Shown piece by piece: positions 1 to 13,840 of a DNA stretch of 64,000 nucleotides (the stretch's first letter is position 1; the number at the start of each line of letters is the position of its first letter). The stretch covers positions 1 through 64,000 of the forward strand of contig JALDTO010000192.1 in assembly GCA_023515725.1 (NCBI GenBank). The letters run 5' to 3'. The stretch is from Amoeboaphelidium protococcarum X5 (Eukaryota > Fungi > Aphelidiomycota). The translations under genes were made by a program, and so were the position numbers. A model generated the notes under the pieces. The model was not told the origin of the DNA and did no database searches. It worked only from the letters and a program-made list of their open reading frames with translations.

Positions 1-135
1 AAACAGTTGTAAGAAACAAATATTCGTTTCTGCTTTTTAAATAGCGACGCGCTTTTGCGGCTCTCGGATTCCGTACTAGTGCGAGCGTCTCTCCTTCTTC
101 TCGTCTTACTATTAGTTGAATACTCTCCCCCGTCA

Positions 136-155
136 CTCTCTCTCTCTCTCTCTCT
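136..155. repeat. (CT)n microsatellite, about 10 units, upstream of POB3
   Basis: ctctctctctctctctctct read directly. Confidence 0.85.
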
Positions 156-286
156 TTCTTGTGAGTTTATGCCGTCGACTATCCGTTAAATTTCTGCGCG
201 TGTAATTACTGTTACTCGTTCCATTAAGTAAACGGTTTCTCTTTTCTTTATTATTTTATTGGATTTGACGATATAGTAATACAATT

Positions 287-2047
287 ATGGCAGAGGTTTA
301 TGAGTATGAGAACATTTATAAGGGTGGAAAGTCACTTCTTATACCGGGGAGATTGAGAATTGCTAGCAGTGGTCTTGGCTTTAAAGCATCGTCTAGTGGC
401 AAGATTACTACCGTTCCCGCTGGAGACATACGAAAGGCTCAGTTCTTGCGAGGAAGTAACGGACACATGTTGAGAATCAGTCTGAATAATGGCGACATTG
501 TGAAATTTGATGGTTTCCAGTCAGAGGTGGATCAGAATGGTAATTTTACGAGTGGTGGCCATCTGGATGAGATTCGCCGACTGTTCAGAGGTTGGCGCGT
601 TGAGGTGGAGATGAAGGAGACCAATGTTAGAGGTTGGAATTGGGGACAGACTGATTTTGCTGGTAACTCGCTCTGGTTCAATGTCGGTAATAAGCCGGTG
701 ATGGAGATTCCACTCAGTGCTGTCAGTGGCACAACTATGAATGGTAAGACGGAGGTGACCATTGAGATTAAGCCACCCACTGAGGATGAATTAGAGCTGG
801 CAGGCAAAGATGGAGCGCGTAGTGATCAATTGGTTGAGGCGCGATTCTATATTCCAGATTTGGTAGTATAGGGTGGTAGACCGAGTGCAGCAGATGCTGA
901 AGGTGGTGATAATCAAGAAGAAGAAGATGAAGAGAATATGGACGTGGATCAGAACTAGGACTAAGATTCTGCTGCCAATATCTTTTATGAGACTGTCAAA
1001 GCTAAGGCTGATGTTGGGCAGTTGGTTGGAGAGCCATTGGCGCTAATTGAAGATGTCCCATTTATCACTCCTCGTGGTAGATACAATATGGACTTGTATG
1101 AAGACAGCATCAGATTGCATGGTAAGTCTCATAATTACAGAATACCTTACTAAAGTATCAAGTCTCTCTTTGCACTTACACGCCCAGACGATATTCATGA
1201 GTTTATCGTCATTGGGATGGATCCACCTCTCCGTCAGGGTCAGACTAGATATCCGTTCCTGGTCATCTAGTGTGTGAAGGATGTTGATTTAGAAATTGAG
1301 CTGAATCTGGATGCTCTATCTGGTGACGCGTAATCTGCCGCAATGAGTTAACAACAGAAGGAGGATTTGTTGAGAACCTAGTTTGGTGGCAGGTTAAGAT
1401 TGAAGTACGATGCTGAAATGTATTAGGTGCTTGGTGCCCTTCTGAGTGGCTTTAGCGGGATCGACCTGACTAAAGCTGGAATGTTCAAGAGTCATTTTAG
1501 TAATCCTTGTGTAAAGTGCTCAATCAAGGCCAATGAAGGATATCTGTACTTGCTGCAAACTGAAGGCCTCTTTTTGCCTAAACCGACTCATCATTTCAGG
1601 TATGAGGAAGTATCTCACATTGTCTTCTCTAGAGTTGGTAGTGATTCTAGTAGTAGTACGGCAAATAAAACTTTTGATATGAAAGTGTTCTTGCGAAATA
1701 CTGCTGGTTTGACGCTGCCATTTAGTGGACTGGAGAGGGAAGAGTACGATAAGTTGGTTTCCCATTTCAAGGCTGTCGGTATTAAAGTCCGCACAGAGGT
1801 TAGCGTGGAGTAGGTGGCTATCACTGCTCTGGATGGTCTGTCTAGTGACGACGATGATGATGCCGGTGCCGGTATGATTGAGTCTGACAATGAGAAGGCT
1901 GGAGGCATGAACGGTATGGACATGGACAGTGACGAAGATGACGAAGATTTCGTGGCCGGTGAGGAGAGTGACGTTGCCGAAGAATTTGATGAGAATTATG
2001 AGAGCGATGAGGATGAGGAGGATGCAGACGATGGTGGTGAGCAGTGA
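287..2047 (+). CDS. POB3: FACT complex subunit POB3/SSRP1, 586 aa
   Basis: Track ORFs 287, 1427 and 1814 share one frame and join through TAA/TAG=Gln; motifs RGWNWG, FITPRGRY, PPLRQGQTRYP, CSIKANEGYLY; acidic tail; TGA 2045-2047. Confidence 0.95.
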
Positions 2048-2093
2048 ACAGTTGTATATTTATTATTCATAGTCCGATGTTCTCGTTAGTTAT

Positions 2094-5000
2094 TCATTCT
2101 TGTGTTCTAATGACGGTCATACCTTAGTTGTGTCTGCGTAACGTTAATGCCGTTGCAGGCCAGAATAGATGATCCGGTTGAATAGTGACCATTTTCTAGT
2201 GCCCAGCCCTACTAATCACTTCCAGTCTAATCTCCATCAATTCAGCATTCAAATTATCATCTTGACTTGAGGTGCAAGATACAAAAGCATCACACCACTT
2301 GTCTCCTTCGCCATGCTATGATTACATTTAGTCGAATCTGCGTCCATTTAAAGTCGTAATGTAAAATCCGCCAGTTAATTGAGCTGCGTGAGCTGGAGAG
2401 CCAACCATCACTGATGAAATATAAGGCATTCTGGACAGCACGTTGATCGTATAACGATTAACCACATTAGAGTAGGTATCTTCAATGATTTTCATGGACG
2501 GCATTTGTATATTACATCCACACCAGCGAATGTAATTGCAATCTTCTTCATGATGGTCCAGATAGAGCTGAGCAGGTTGGAACGTGACTTCGATTTCGGT
2601 GCAGTTTCGTAATACTCTTGCAATTGCCACTTAACCGCCATCATATCCCGGTAGAGACCATTGTTACTCAATGAGGTGTAGATCAGATGCTCTAGCAACA
2701 AACTTCTAGTCGATCGCCAATATAATGTCTCCACACTCAAATGGTGATTGGAATGACTTAAACGTCCTTACAACTTATAATATCGTGTGCCTCTCTTTAC
2801 ACGCACTCAATAGACAATCTTTCCATTGTTGGGAGAGGCCCATCACTTCAGATATTGGCAGTGGTTAACACTTGGCAGGAAACATACGCAAGCATGGAGC
2901 TGATGTTGCTAAAGTAGTAGTGATAGGTAAGAGAGCAACATTGCGTTAGTTAGCTAGTATTTGAGCAACGCATCTAATAGCATCAGATATAAAAAAAGTG
3001 GGCAGGCAAAAAGACAAATCATCAACGGAGTTGTGATCACTAACAATGCCATGGATCCGTCCAATATCATCCACCAACAAGGCACCAAAGTGTTCGCTTA
3101 TACTTTGGCCCAGATAGTAAAACTCACAATTACCACTGCCACCACCAATACCTGACCCATCTTGACCTGTTCTACCAAAAGACTCTGCTACACACTTCAC
3201 AGCCACGTCTTCCACGGTAAGCTGTCCATCGCAATGCGCTAAAAGCAACTTGAACTTAGCACTCAGTGCAGGTGGATGAAGACTGTATGTTGCTTCTGCA
3301 TGATCATTACTGCCCAAGAATTTCTTCACAGGACTCTTCTGACGGATACTCTACCATGTTGATTATGCGGCCATATCAAATCTTAAAATGACAAAGTTCA
3401 TATACGGATGGATGAAAACCGGATACGCATCAACTTACTAGCTGTCTGTGAAAGTGACCAACACCTTACATAGATAAGATGGCACAACGCCAGAATCGCA
3501 CACAATCAAGGCATGCTCCCAATTGGCAACAAATCCTATGCCACTGAAACTATTCTACAGACAGCCATCTACGAGTAGAGGCATCCGACTCTGTACTCTT
3601 ACTAGACACCTTATACAATCCGAGTACGCCAATTTCCCATTACTTCTCTGCGCGTATACTGGTCTCTAAAACTCAACCATCTGCTACTAAGTCGAATTAT
3701 TAATGGCCGGGGAAAGCTTTCTCTCCTGATACCACTAGTGACCTTGACCACGCGCGTATACAATACACTTGAGTGCTTCATTATCAGCTTGAATTTTGAA
3801 TATAGACTTTTGTTCAGTATATGGAACACAGAAGCCTTTCAGTGATAGAGTGCTGACATCTGAACACTTTTGAATTACAGAGATGAAGTCATCCACATTT
3901 GACAGAGTTTATTCATTAGCACACTATAAGATCATCCTGTCAGCAACTTTATTATGGCCCGCTTATACTATGGTAAATCCAACATTAGAGACAAATACGC
4001 CTTTAAACGGAATATTGAGAGTACGTGCCATAGTGTATGTGATGTTATGTAAAATAGAGTCTCCAAGTTGAAGAAACTTGCTAGGCACGCATAGTTCACT
4101 CAAATCTACAACATCAATTGTACAACAAACTTTATCACCGTTACGAGACACTTCAACTATGACACTTTGCCCCACACTGCAGTTAAGAGCCTCCTCGAGC
4201 TGTATGAAATTGAATATCTTTATTCCATTCACACTTGCAAGAATATCACCTGGTTTCAATTTTCCGTCAGCTGGTCCATCATGTAATATAAATTTACATA
4301 CCAGCATACCAGCTAGATTCTTCACCTCAGCCCTGAGAGCCTCTTCTTCAGCTCCACTCATACCAAGATGTCTTAGACGATTGAATGTGGCAAACTCAAA
4401 CTCTACCAAGATATCACCTCGTTGTATACACGACACACCAGATCTAACAGCTTCAAAAGCACGTAATACTCCTCCCAGAGGTAGATAGAACGAATGATTA
4501 CTCTACTTTGCCGCACCAGCATTCAGGCCTATTGCGTTACCCTTTGAGTTTATCACTGGAGATCCGCTTGATCCACAACTAGTGCCAGTGGCAGCCTGGA
4601 TGTAGAATGTATTGAAATCGCTATAAGATCCAACACCATACTGTGGAGCCTCTCTGTCAATGCGCGCGATAAATCCTTGCTGAATAGACAGCTTCTCACC
4701 GGCATCGTTCCCTATAACACGCACTTCTACACCAACTTATGCACCATCTGGATCCAAAACAATTTCATCAATATCCATATACTTGACATCGGATACAGGA
4801 TCAAACTTCAACAGGCCAAAATCATGTATAGGATCGACATAGACACAACGCAGCTGGATCTCTTCATAGTTGGCAAACGTGCCCTTAATGCGAACGGGTC
4901 CTACTGAACATACATGTCTATTAGTGAGCACTAGTCCTTGCGCCTTATCTACCACAAATCCTGACGCGTTGTATATGCCAGCTCTATTTGTGTCCACACT

Positions 5001-5312
5001 GCGCACTTCATTCACCTAAAGAGACACGATGGATCTGATTGCCTTGTCCACCGCAGACTGCCATCTCCTATCAGCCACCGGATCGGAAGACAAAGTGCGG
5101 CATCTATTGAGATACGTCTGGGGAGGACTCAGCGGGCCTGGAACTTTATCAAAGTTAGTGTGGACGGTTTTCTGCATAACTCCATTTTAAAAGTCATCAA
5201 CGTGATCAGCTATCAACAACTGATCTTGCAAGTTGATCTCGTCAAAGAGATTCTCAACGCGTGCACTCAAAGTTCTACTTCGTATCAAGTTATCAGAATT
5301 CTCTCTACTCAT
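2094..5312 (-). CDS. NMA111: Nma111/Ynm3-like HtrA serine protease (duplicated protease/PDZ modules), about 1072 aa
   Basis: Five track fragments are in one frame; LVLTNRHV (His), DPIHDFG (Asp), GSSGSPV (Ser), [10 protein letters not shown]; C-terminal [10 protein letters not shown]; TGA 2094-2096. Confidence 0.9.
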
Positions 5313-5557
5313 ACTTCCTACTTATAATGAAATGTATTTACTATGATACCTAAAAAGAGCGCAGAGAATAGCCAATGCATCAAGATCGATCAAGTGAACC
5401 GAAGTGATGACCTGTCCTCCCATGGATCATGCCGACATTGTTTCAACTTTAGCGTTGTCCATTGAGCAGTAAAGAGATGACATAAAGTGTAAGTATAGTA
5501 AGTAAAGTATATGAGTATAAGAAGTACTACGCGCGTTTATTATCACTGTAAATACCA

Positions 5558-7549
5558 TCATTAATTTTAGTAAATTGAGTAAGATGGCCCGGAGGTTGTG
5601 TTAAGATTGAGAGGGATTGTAATGGCCATCGATGTCATGCTGGTGTTTTACGACTGCGCGGCATACTGCTGTTACCAACGTACCTACTTCAACTTGCTGT
5701 GCCTTCTCTTCAACAAGACGCATACTGTCACAGTAATAACCACAGCGAGGAAAGCAAATGAGCCCGCAATTACGTAAATTAACACCAAGTTAGCAGTAGG
5801 AGCGCCTGGTGCATCCACGTTTAACAAGCGATCTGACGAGCTTAACGTTGAGTGTGATTGACTGCTGTAAAGTACAGTACCAACATTAAATTAAACAGAT
5901 TATCCAGAAGATACAAGACTACTAGGTGTAGATTGTATTAGAATAGACTGCAATAAGCTAGTAGTTGCTAACACGGCAGTTTTAAAGATAGAACTGACAG
6001 AGTTAATCGACGCGACAGAAGTACCGCTATTATTTAGGAGACTGAGCGTTGAGTTGCCGAAAGATGTCGTCTATATTAGGCTGGCTGCAATGGAGACTTA
6101 AGTAGTCGCTGTGTATTCTGCGATAGAGAAACTACTAGTTATGCCATCTTCAGTGCCTATAATGGTTGTAAGTGCAGATGTAGAAGATGGTGATGTGGTG
6201 GTAGAAGTCCTCTGAGATTTAACAACAGAGCTAATTGGTAGCTTTTGATCCGGCAGCTTGATGATTACGGGCCCAGACTGTTCCGCACCTGGTAGATACT
6301 CTTGTCCAGACACCAAAAGATATGGCCATTGCGAGCCAGCCACCACAGAAAAATTGAAGTCCTACTATTGGTAATAGTCCAACAGTGTATAGTTTTATGA
6401 ATACGTCAATACTGTAGCTTAAGTCTTGTCACCTAATTCGGTAGAGACCGCCAAATACCCATACACATAATAAATCTCTTATATCTAGTTGTAGTATAAG
6501 CCATATGATACAGAATCTTGCCACTCAGCCTAAATTTCATCAGCAGCAGCAGCAGCAAATCGAGTCAAAATTTAAACTGTAGTATTCTGGTAGAACCATC
6601 GCCCCATTATGAAAAGACCAGATCCACCATTCTCCGCTGGCAGAGTTGAAATAGACATTCCAGCAAATACTACACTCTTATCCTTCTCATTCAAAATCGC
6701 ACCTAGAGCAGCGTCAGATCCACCAAAAGAATAACTAAAGCCGCTTGTAAGTCCTATAGAGGAGTAATTACTACAATGTAGCTAATCAAAATACAGTAAA
6801 TTTGGTCGTGCTTTTTAACCAACCAACAGCATTGTATTCTGTTACGTGAACAGAATTTAACGCAAATTACCATCCTTAATGTAAGTGTAGACACTTATCG
6901 AGGAATTCACTGGATTGATAACAGCAAGTGAGGAAGACCGATTTTACGAATTGTAAAATGTTGAATAAGTGGCGAGGAGCATCTTGGCTTTATCATCGTA
7001 CAACAATAAAGTAGTATATACACTAGTTACACTGTCACACCACTCAAATCCTACACAGGGAAGGTCACTTATCATCTTCACCAAAGACCCATTACGCGAG
7101 AAGAGTGCAATGGCAGAATCAACTATAATACCGGGCCTCTTAATGACTGATTCAACCTCATCGGACGTAAAGGAGAAAGCCATTGCAATCTGATTCTTAT
7201 CTTTAAATACAGCAAGACCACGCTAAAAGAAATTATCCAGCACTTGACGCCTGACTACAGGCCCGTAATCTCTACCAGGCCCGCCAAACTGCTTCGCCCA
7301 ATATATAGTAGAATTGCGCAAATCAACTTTAATCAACAAAGCATCCAAACCTCCATAACTTATTTAATTTAAGCAAGAGCCATAGCTTTCACCAGCAATA
7401 TAAGCGATATTATCATCGAAAGGATCAACAACCATCTCGCCGACATTCACATTTCCCAAATTGTAGTATGTGATCTGCGTGTAGTTGAGCGAAAGCACCA
7501 CGCGCATTAGACTTAGTAATCCGGCTAATCTCATGATTTCAATGTCCAT
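5558..7549 (-). CDS. Type I membrane/surface protein: signal peptide, beta-propeller-like ectodomain, Ser/Thr stalk, TM helix; about 663 aa
   Basis: Hydrophobic N-terminus; GGLDALLIKVD...WAKQFGGPGRDYG motif; S/T-rich stalk; TM LVLIYVIAGSFAFLAVVITVTVCVLL followed by KRRHSK; TGA 5558-5560. Confidence 0.75.
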
Positions 7550-7735
7550 TGATTAATAAGCTACACGAGTTGCGATTTAAATAGTCAGGTCAGTCATTCC
7601 ACTTTAAAGGATGACGACAAAAGGATGTGGAATATTCCGTTGTTGAATCGAGAATCTATTATTAGAACACAAATCATATCAATCATTATCACTATGCTAA
7701 CATCATCATTGTATTCATTTTAACACGACTAACGA

Positions 7736-9829
7736 TCATTACCTGCCTTACTATTATGCCGGTGTAACTGTTGTCTAGTAGAGTGGGATAGTTTGGTGAA
7801 CAACCTGCAAGCAAGTGTGCGAGGTCTACTATTGCATTAACACTTTCTAAGCATGCATTTGACGGCGCCTTTTATGAACCATAAACAATACCACAATTGT
7901 GCATATAAACACAAAAGCGGCAATGGCACTAGCAATAATCGAGATCAGGCTTCCAGATACTTGGTTCGCTTGAGATTAATCAACGACATCTAGAAAATTT
8001 GAGGTGGTACTCGACGAACTTGAGGACCCAGGACGAAGATTACTAACAGAATTAAAGAACACTAATGATAGTCGATCAGTAGTAGATTAAATGGTGGTGA
8101 GTGGCTTCATAGTTTAGAGCAGAGAAGTCAAAGTTAGTGTAGAAGTATCCATTTAGTTGGAGGTCATGCTTGATACCAAACCCATTAGAGTAGGTGTAGA
8201 CGATGACACACCTCTGAAAGTAGAGTTTTACATCAGTAGATTCGCAGTAGAGCTTGAAGCTGTTTATACCAAGAAACTTTAAGAGCTATTAAAGATCAGC
8301 GATGATGCTCCATTTAGAGAAGTATGTACAGCTGATGATGTAGCCATGCTGGAGGCCATTTACCAGGTAGTGCTAGTTATTGTCACTGTAGAACTAGGCT
8401 ACGTTGATGTAAGAAACTAGCTACTTGTCGTGGTCGAAGTTGATGTTCTTGTAACAGTAGAGGTCGATGTTGATGTTCTTGTAACAGAAGAGGTCGATGT
8501 TGATGTAGTAGATGATAGGACTTGAGTCGCTTTAGCAGAATCATTGTATAATTACAAAATGTGTGGACCGACGCCAAGTTGAGGAACAGGGAGACCAGCA
8601 GATGAGATGAGCACATACGGATACTTGATGCTGGCCACGTAGGAGAATGGAAATTCAGTTATAGGCACCATCTACAGCTGAGTAAAGTTGGCAGAGTAGA
8701 CGATCAACAAACTTTTCACATTGGTAGATACCTGGTCTTAGTCAGCATCAAATCCGTACACATAATACTAATCCAGCGTCTCATTCCAATAAACACCTGT
8801 CGATACGTCAGCTAGATACTCCATATTAGCCCCAAATCTTGTTACAATGGAAATATGGTTATTCTTGTAATCCCACCTGCCCAGGATGAACGCTCCGACG
8901 CTGGGGTTCGATGTGGATAAAATTTCTGGAGATCTTCCTATTCCAGAGAACATGATAACATCCATTTTATAATTGTATATGATTCGAGATACTTAATCCC
9001 GTCTACTTGAGCTGGCAATCGATGAGTAAAGCTATGTCATGCTTAATATATCAAATCCAACGAAAGATATGTTCGACAGATTCCGATCAAAATCGGCATA
9101 GTGACCACCAATAAATAAAGTATCCTTAACCATCAGAAGAGTTCTAAACTCCATAGAAGAATTTGTCTTAAGCTCAACCGAGTAATTGAAAGGTGACACT
9201 TGGACCAAGTGACCATATCCAATAGAATCATTGACATAATACTAAATGTACGACATCAAAAGACTCTACCTCTGTTGATCATATATTAGATCAGTATGGA
9301 ATGATTTTAGAAATACACCATTTTTGTGCATTGGGAAATTGCCTAAAGCCTTCATTAAGGTGCCATTAGAAGAGTAAATTGCAAGGCCACTATCTCCAGC
9401 ATCTTCCCTTTTATATACTCCCAATACTTGAAGAGATTAAAATGAGAATGGCATGGCAATAAGATCCCTGCCCGGAATATAGGCCAAGCCTTACTAGAGA
9501 TAATGCGTACTATCGTAAAACCTACCAACTGCGCCTAGATCATCACCAGACCCGCCAAATTTCCTGACCCACAGCACTGAACCATTGAGCACATTAATCT
9601 TGATCAATACTGCATCCAAAAGACCATATGCTGACTAATCAAAGATGGGCCCCTCAGCCGCTCCACTGATGTATCCATCAGCACCATTCACGACAAAGTC
9701 ACCCACATATACGCTGCCAAGACCGAGGCTTCTCCAAGGTAACGCGCCGAGAGCAGATTAGTAAAACACTTGCGCAGTTACCTAAATTGAGATTGAGGCT
9801 ATCCACAATAAAATTTAGATTCTAGCCAT
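7736..9829 (-). CDS. Paralogous type I membrane/surface protein, about 697 aa
   Basis: MARIQILLWIASISIQVTA signal; GLLDAVLIKIN...WVRKFGGSGDDLG motif; FPFSYVASIKYPY versus FSVVAGSQWPY in the paralog; S/T stalk; TM ...AAFVFICTIVVLFMV followed by HKRRR; TGA 7736-7738. Confidence 0.75.
8432..8506. repeat. 30-bp coding tandem repeat (about 2.5 copies) encoding TSTSTS(S/T)VTR in the stalk
   Basis: ggtcgatgttgatgttcttgtaacag(t/a)aga repeated. Confidence 0.85.
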
Positions 9830-10093
9830 TTATGCACGATAAAAGCAAAAAGCCAATTGCCTAGAAAAGAAGTGATAGTAAGATACTCATTGAAGGGAAT
9901 GACTCAATAACAACATGTCTAAAAATAGATCATCAATCACAATGAATTGTTATAGAGGTAGCCACCGTACGTGGATGGATAAATACTAAAGCACTTCACA
10001 CAAGCTTTTTTATTAACCATCGCAATCACAACTCATAAAATATAAAATGCAACTATAAGCTAACACTATCGCACAGTCCAGAATCAAATCAAA

Positions 10094-13000
10094 TCAATCA
10101 ATGAAACATTTCTTATCTTCAGGAAGATCTACGGCATTAAAGATGACATGGATCTTCATGCCAGCGTGATACTGTAAGTCAGGGAGTAACTTTGGGGTTA
10201 TCAGAAAGTACTAACTCTGGCCTTCATTACATACAGTGTCAACCAGTTAAGCATGCACCAATCTCTCATTACGAGGATCCATTCCTTGATTGATTTCATC
10301 CACCACACGGAACGGAGATTTAGAAAAACATTATAGAGATATCAAGTACATTATAGTGGAAACAGCACGCTCACCTCCAGACTGACGATGAGAGTTCAAT
10401 GCAACTAATTGTTCAGCGTCACGAAACTTTACAAGAATCTCAACACCCCAATTGGCAAACTAATCTCCCTTTCTCAATTGAACTTCTCCGGCGCATCCCA
10501 ACTTCATAAAATATCTCGAAAATCTTTGACTAATACCTTCAATACATTAATCAATATCCGGCTCCCAGGTCTCTCTCAACAATTTCATTTCATCGTTCAA
10601 TGCCATCAACTGCTATCTATGCTGATCAACCTTGCCAGTCAATTCTTTAATTCTCTTCTCACGATTCTCATACATTTCCACAATCACAGGATCGGTATCA
10701 GCATTAAGTTCCGCTTTAACACGCTCATCAGCCAACATAGTGTCCAACTCGATCAAGTCATCAGGCAAAGTGGTGAAAAACTACTACTCCTCATCCGAAG
10801 GATCTCCCAAACGACGTGCAGCGTTCAAAAGAGCTTGTGCGGCGGTCTTTTTCTACTGTACCTCATCCACCATCTCTGCGGATCTTTTTAAAGCCTCTGC
10901 CAGCTCAGTGCTGCCACTCTTCTACTCTTTCTCCAACTGGTCTTTTAACAACATAGACTGCCACAACTTAAACCAAATCTACGTGCGAACCTCAATATGA
11001 TCCTACCATTGCTAGATGTTCTCCTTCAACGACTTGACAATGGTCAGCTTCTTCTTCAATGCATTGTGATAAACAGCAGTCAACTCCTGCTTCAACTCGT
11101 CATCAGATGGCCGGCTGTTGAGTTCTTCAATGCGCTTTTGTACGGCAAGCTTGGTAGTGGTAAGAGAAGATTTCAGGTTGGCATTCTTGGCAAGGATACG
11201 GCGCTTTTCAGCCAACTTATCGCGGATAACAGATTGAGCATTCAATTCCTCCTTCTTCTATTCAAAATCCTTACCTATTTCAGCCATAGAAGTCTCGTGC
11301 TCCCTAATTTTGTTGACGATAGAATTCAATTCATCCTTACACTGACGAAGCAAGTCCTCATCTACAGTGGCTTTGTTAAAATTCTTGGCATGAGTAACAG
11401 TAGATGTCTTCAAAGTCTTTTATCTAGCACCATACTTTGACGTGGTCCAATTGTACCTGGTGTTACCTGCAATGTAAAATGATAATCCCAGACGGTGAGC
11501 TTTTTCTTCATCGATTCTCTCACCTAGACCAATTGGAATATTATGCAGCCTGGTCAGCTCACACAATGCAACCAATACTGGTTCTGGTCCTTTAAACTAC
11601 TGCAATGCAAAGCAGTCTAGTCCAGCATTCTAAATCTCTGAAATATCGCAACTACTCTGATACTAAGACAATTCTTTCCCCTCAAATTGACACGCATTAA
11701 CACGCAGACCTTACTTGTCATTCAGCTCAGACATCAGCAAATCGTAATCAGATTAGCATTGACAGACAAACATCAGCTGTGTCTACTATCTAACTAGACT
11801 CTCACATGTGTTGACATAACGCGGATCGTTAATGGAAACTTCCAATAGAACAGGATCATAGACGTGCTTCTGGAAAAGGTGACGGTTATTCTTGAGCCAC
11901 TCACAAGCCTTATGAGTATCAGGAGACCATGTACGCAAGTTATCCATTTTCTTCAACTTTTCATTCTCCATAGTATTAATCTTATTCTTGAACATTGATT
12001 AACGCGCATGCATCGCACCTAACTCTTACTTGGCACCATTAAGTGCATTCTCTGCATCATCACAAGCCACCTTGGCATTTCTATAGTTCTTCTGAGCTTC
12101 CTTGAACCTTGAAGTTAGCTCCTCGGCGGATCTCTCATCTTTGCATTTCAACAACTACTTCTCTGTATACTACAACTCCTTCTTGGCTTTTCTCAAATCC
12201 TTCTTGTGTGCCTAGATTTAATTTTCAACATTTTCCAAATCTTCCCTGGTCTCGGAAACCTCCTTAGTAGCTTCCTTCACCTTCTTCTTCAATTGAGTCT
12301 CACCTTTGGTCAGCTGCTTCAGAATGGCATCAATTTCAGCCAGATCTGCATTGCCAACTTCAATATTGTTCTAGCAATCTCTCAGCTTACGAACAAGTGG
12401 AGCATTCGACTCTTTCATCTGCTTTATCTGCTCACTCAACTCCTTCTTACGCTCTTTAGCTTCCAAAAATTATTCTCTAGCATGATTATACTCAATCCAA
12501 GGACGCTTCTTCTCCAACATTGAGATTGTGCGCTTGATCCTCTCATGCTCCTTATAACGTTCAACCTCAGCCTCCATCTCTCTGTTTCTTTAAATATGGT
12601 CAGTCAGCTAATCTTGCTCAATCTACAGAGTCTGCGCTAGTCCCTGCTCAACCTCCTTCTAACTACAGAGTCTATCATACTGATCAACCATAGCCTAACC
12701 ACCAACAGTGCGCATAGTTTCCAACATCAGCTTATTGGCAGACATTTAGGCGAATGAAGCAACACGCTCTTAAGGCAAGAAATTACACAAATTATCCAGA
12801 TTGATGTCAAGATCCGCGACAGTCTTCAGAATAACATCTTCATCCACAGCCTTCTAGTTTAGGAACCAAGTAGTATTGTTAATATTTCTCACTCTATCAG
12901 CCTTGAACTTGCGCTTAATCACCACATCATCGCCATCTCTACCTTGCAATGTGAGTTTGATGACAGCTTCATCTTGACCATGACGCACAAAATCTTTCAG

Positions 13001-13267
13001 CTTTGACGCTCTCTTCAACGTATCAGGACTACATCCAAGACCGAGGCATATAGCACATACAATAGACGATTTTCCGGTACCATTCGCTCCGATGATGAAA
13101 TTGAATTTAGGACCCATTTCCACACTAAGCTTAGAGTACGTCAGAAAGTCTTTCAAATAAATCTTCTTTATAGCACCAGGGAGGAAATTCTACTAAACCT
13201 ACTGCTCAGGAGCAGGAGGTACAACAACATTCATACCACTATTAACAGGCTCCACCAGCGTAGACAT
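10094..13267 (-). CDS. SMC5: Structural maintenance of chromosomes protein 5, about 1057 aa
   Basis: Walker [20 protein letters not shown]; NLCQFLPQER; [10 protein letters not shown]; [15 protein letters not shown]; [10 protein letters not shown]; TGA 10094-10096. Confidence 0.95.
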
Positions 13268-13840
13268 GGCAGGGGTATTATTTAAGCGGTGTATAAATGC
13301 GAAAGTGCAAAACAAGCCGATAGAATAAAAGAAGATAGAGAGATTCGCGTTTTCCGTACAAGGACAGTGAGAGAGAGAGGAACGATAAAACAGAAAGGCG
13401 AAGTGAAACAGGAAATTGACCGAGTACTGAATGCTGAAACGTTGTAAGGCACACTTTACGCGTCAAAGGGCAGCTTGGATTACATGAAGATTTTATCATT
13501 TGGTCTCAGACTGTCTGGAAATTTGTTCTCTGTTTCTAACCGTATGTTATACAGAGTTTCATTGCTATATTTTAAGGCATTCACCGAGATTAATATGATT
13601 CTGAGCCTTCGTCTTTTTAAAAACCTGCGATTTTGTTCCCATTTAACTCCTACATATAATATAAATCTTCCGGCAATCTACACTACAGTTAGTATTTCTA
13701 GTGATGCTTTCTACACGAACGAGACCATTCAAGTGAAACACGCGGCGTTCTGTTTCTTTTCTTCTTGATTGTAGGAGAAACTTTACGCTACATAATCAGT
13801 ACTTCCTCAACAGTCTGGGTTTAATTAATTAGGATACAAA

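Noticed and set aside
10409-12523. Plus-strand ORFs over SMC5, and similar antisense ORFs over HSP60, G-alpha, GH31 and VPS16
   Set aside because: Antisense shadows of real genes with no recognisable motifs.
13475-13768. 97-aa ORF upstream of the carnitine acyltransferase
   Set aside because: Non-ATG start, AT-rich promoter-like composition, no motifs.
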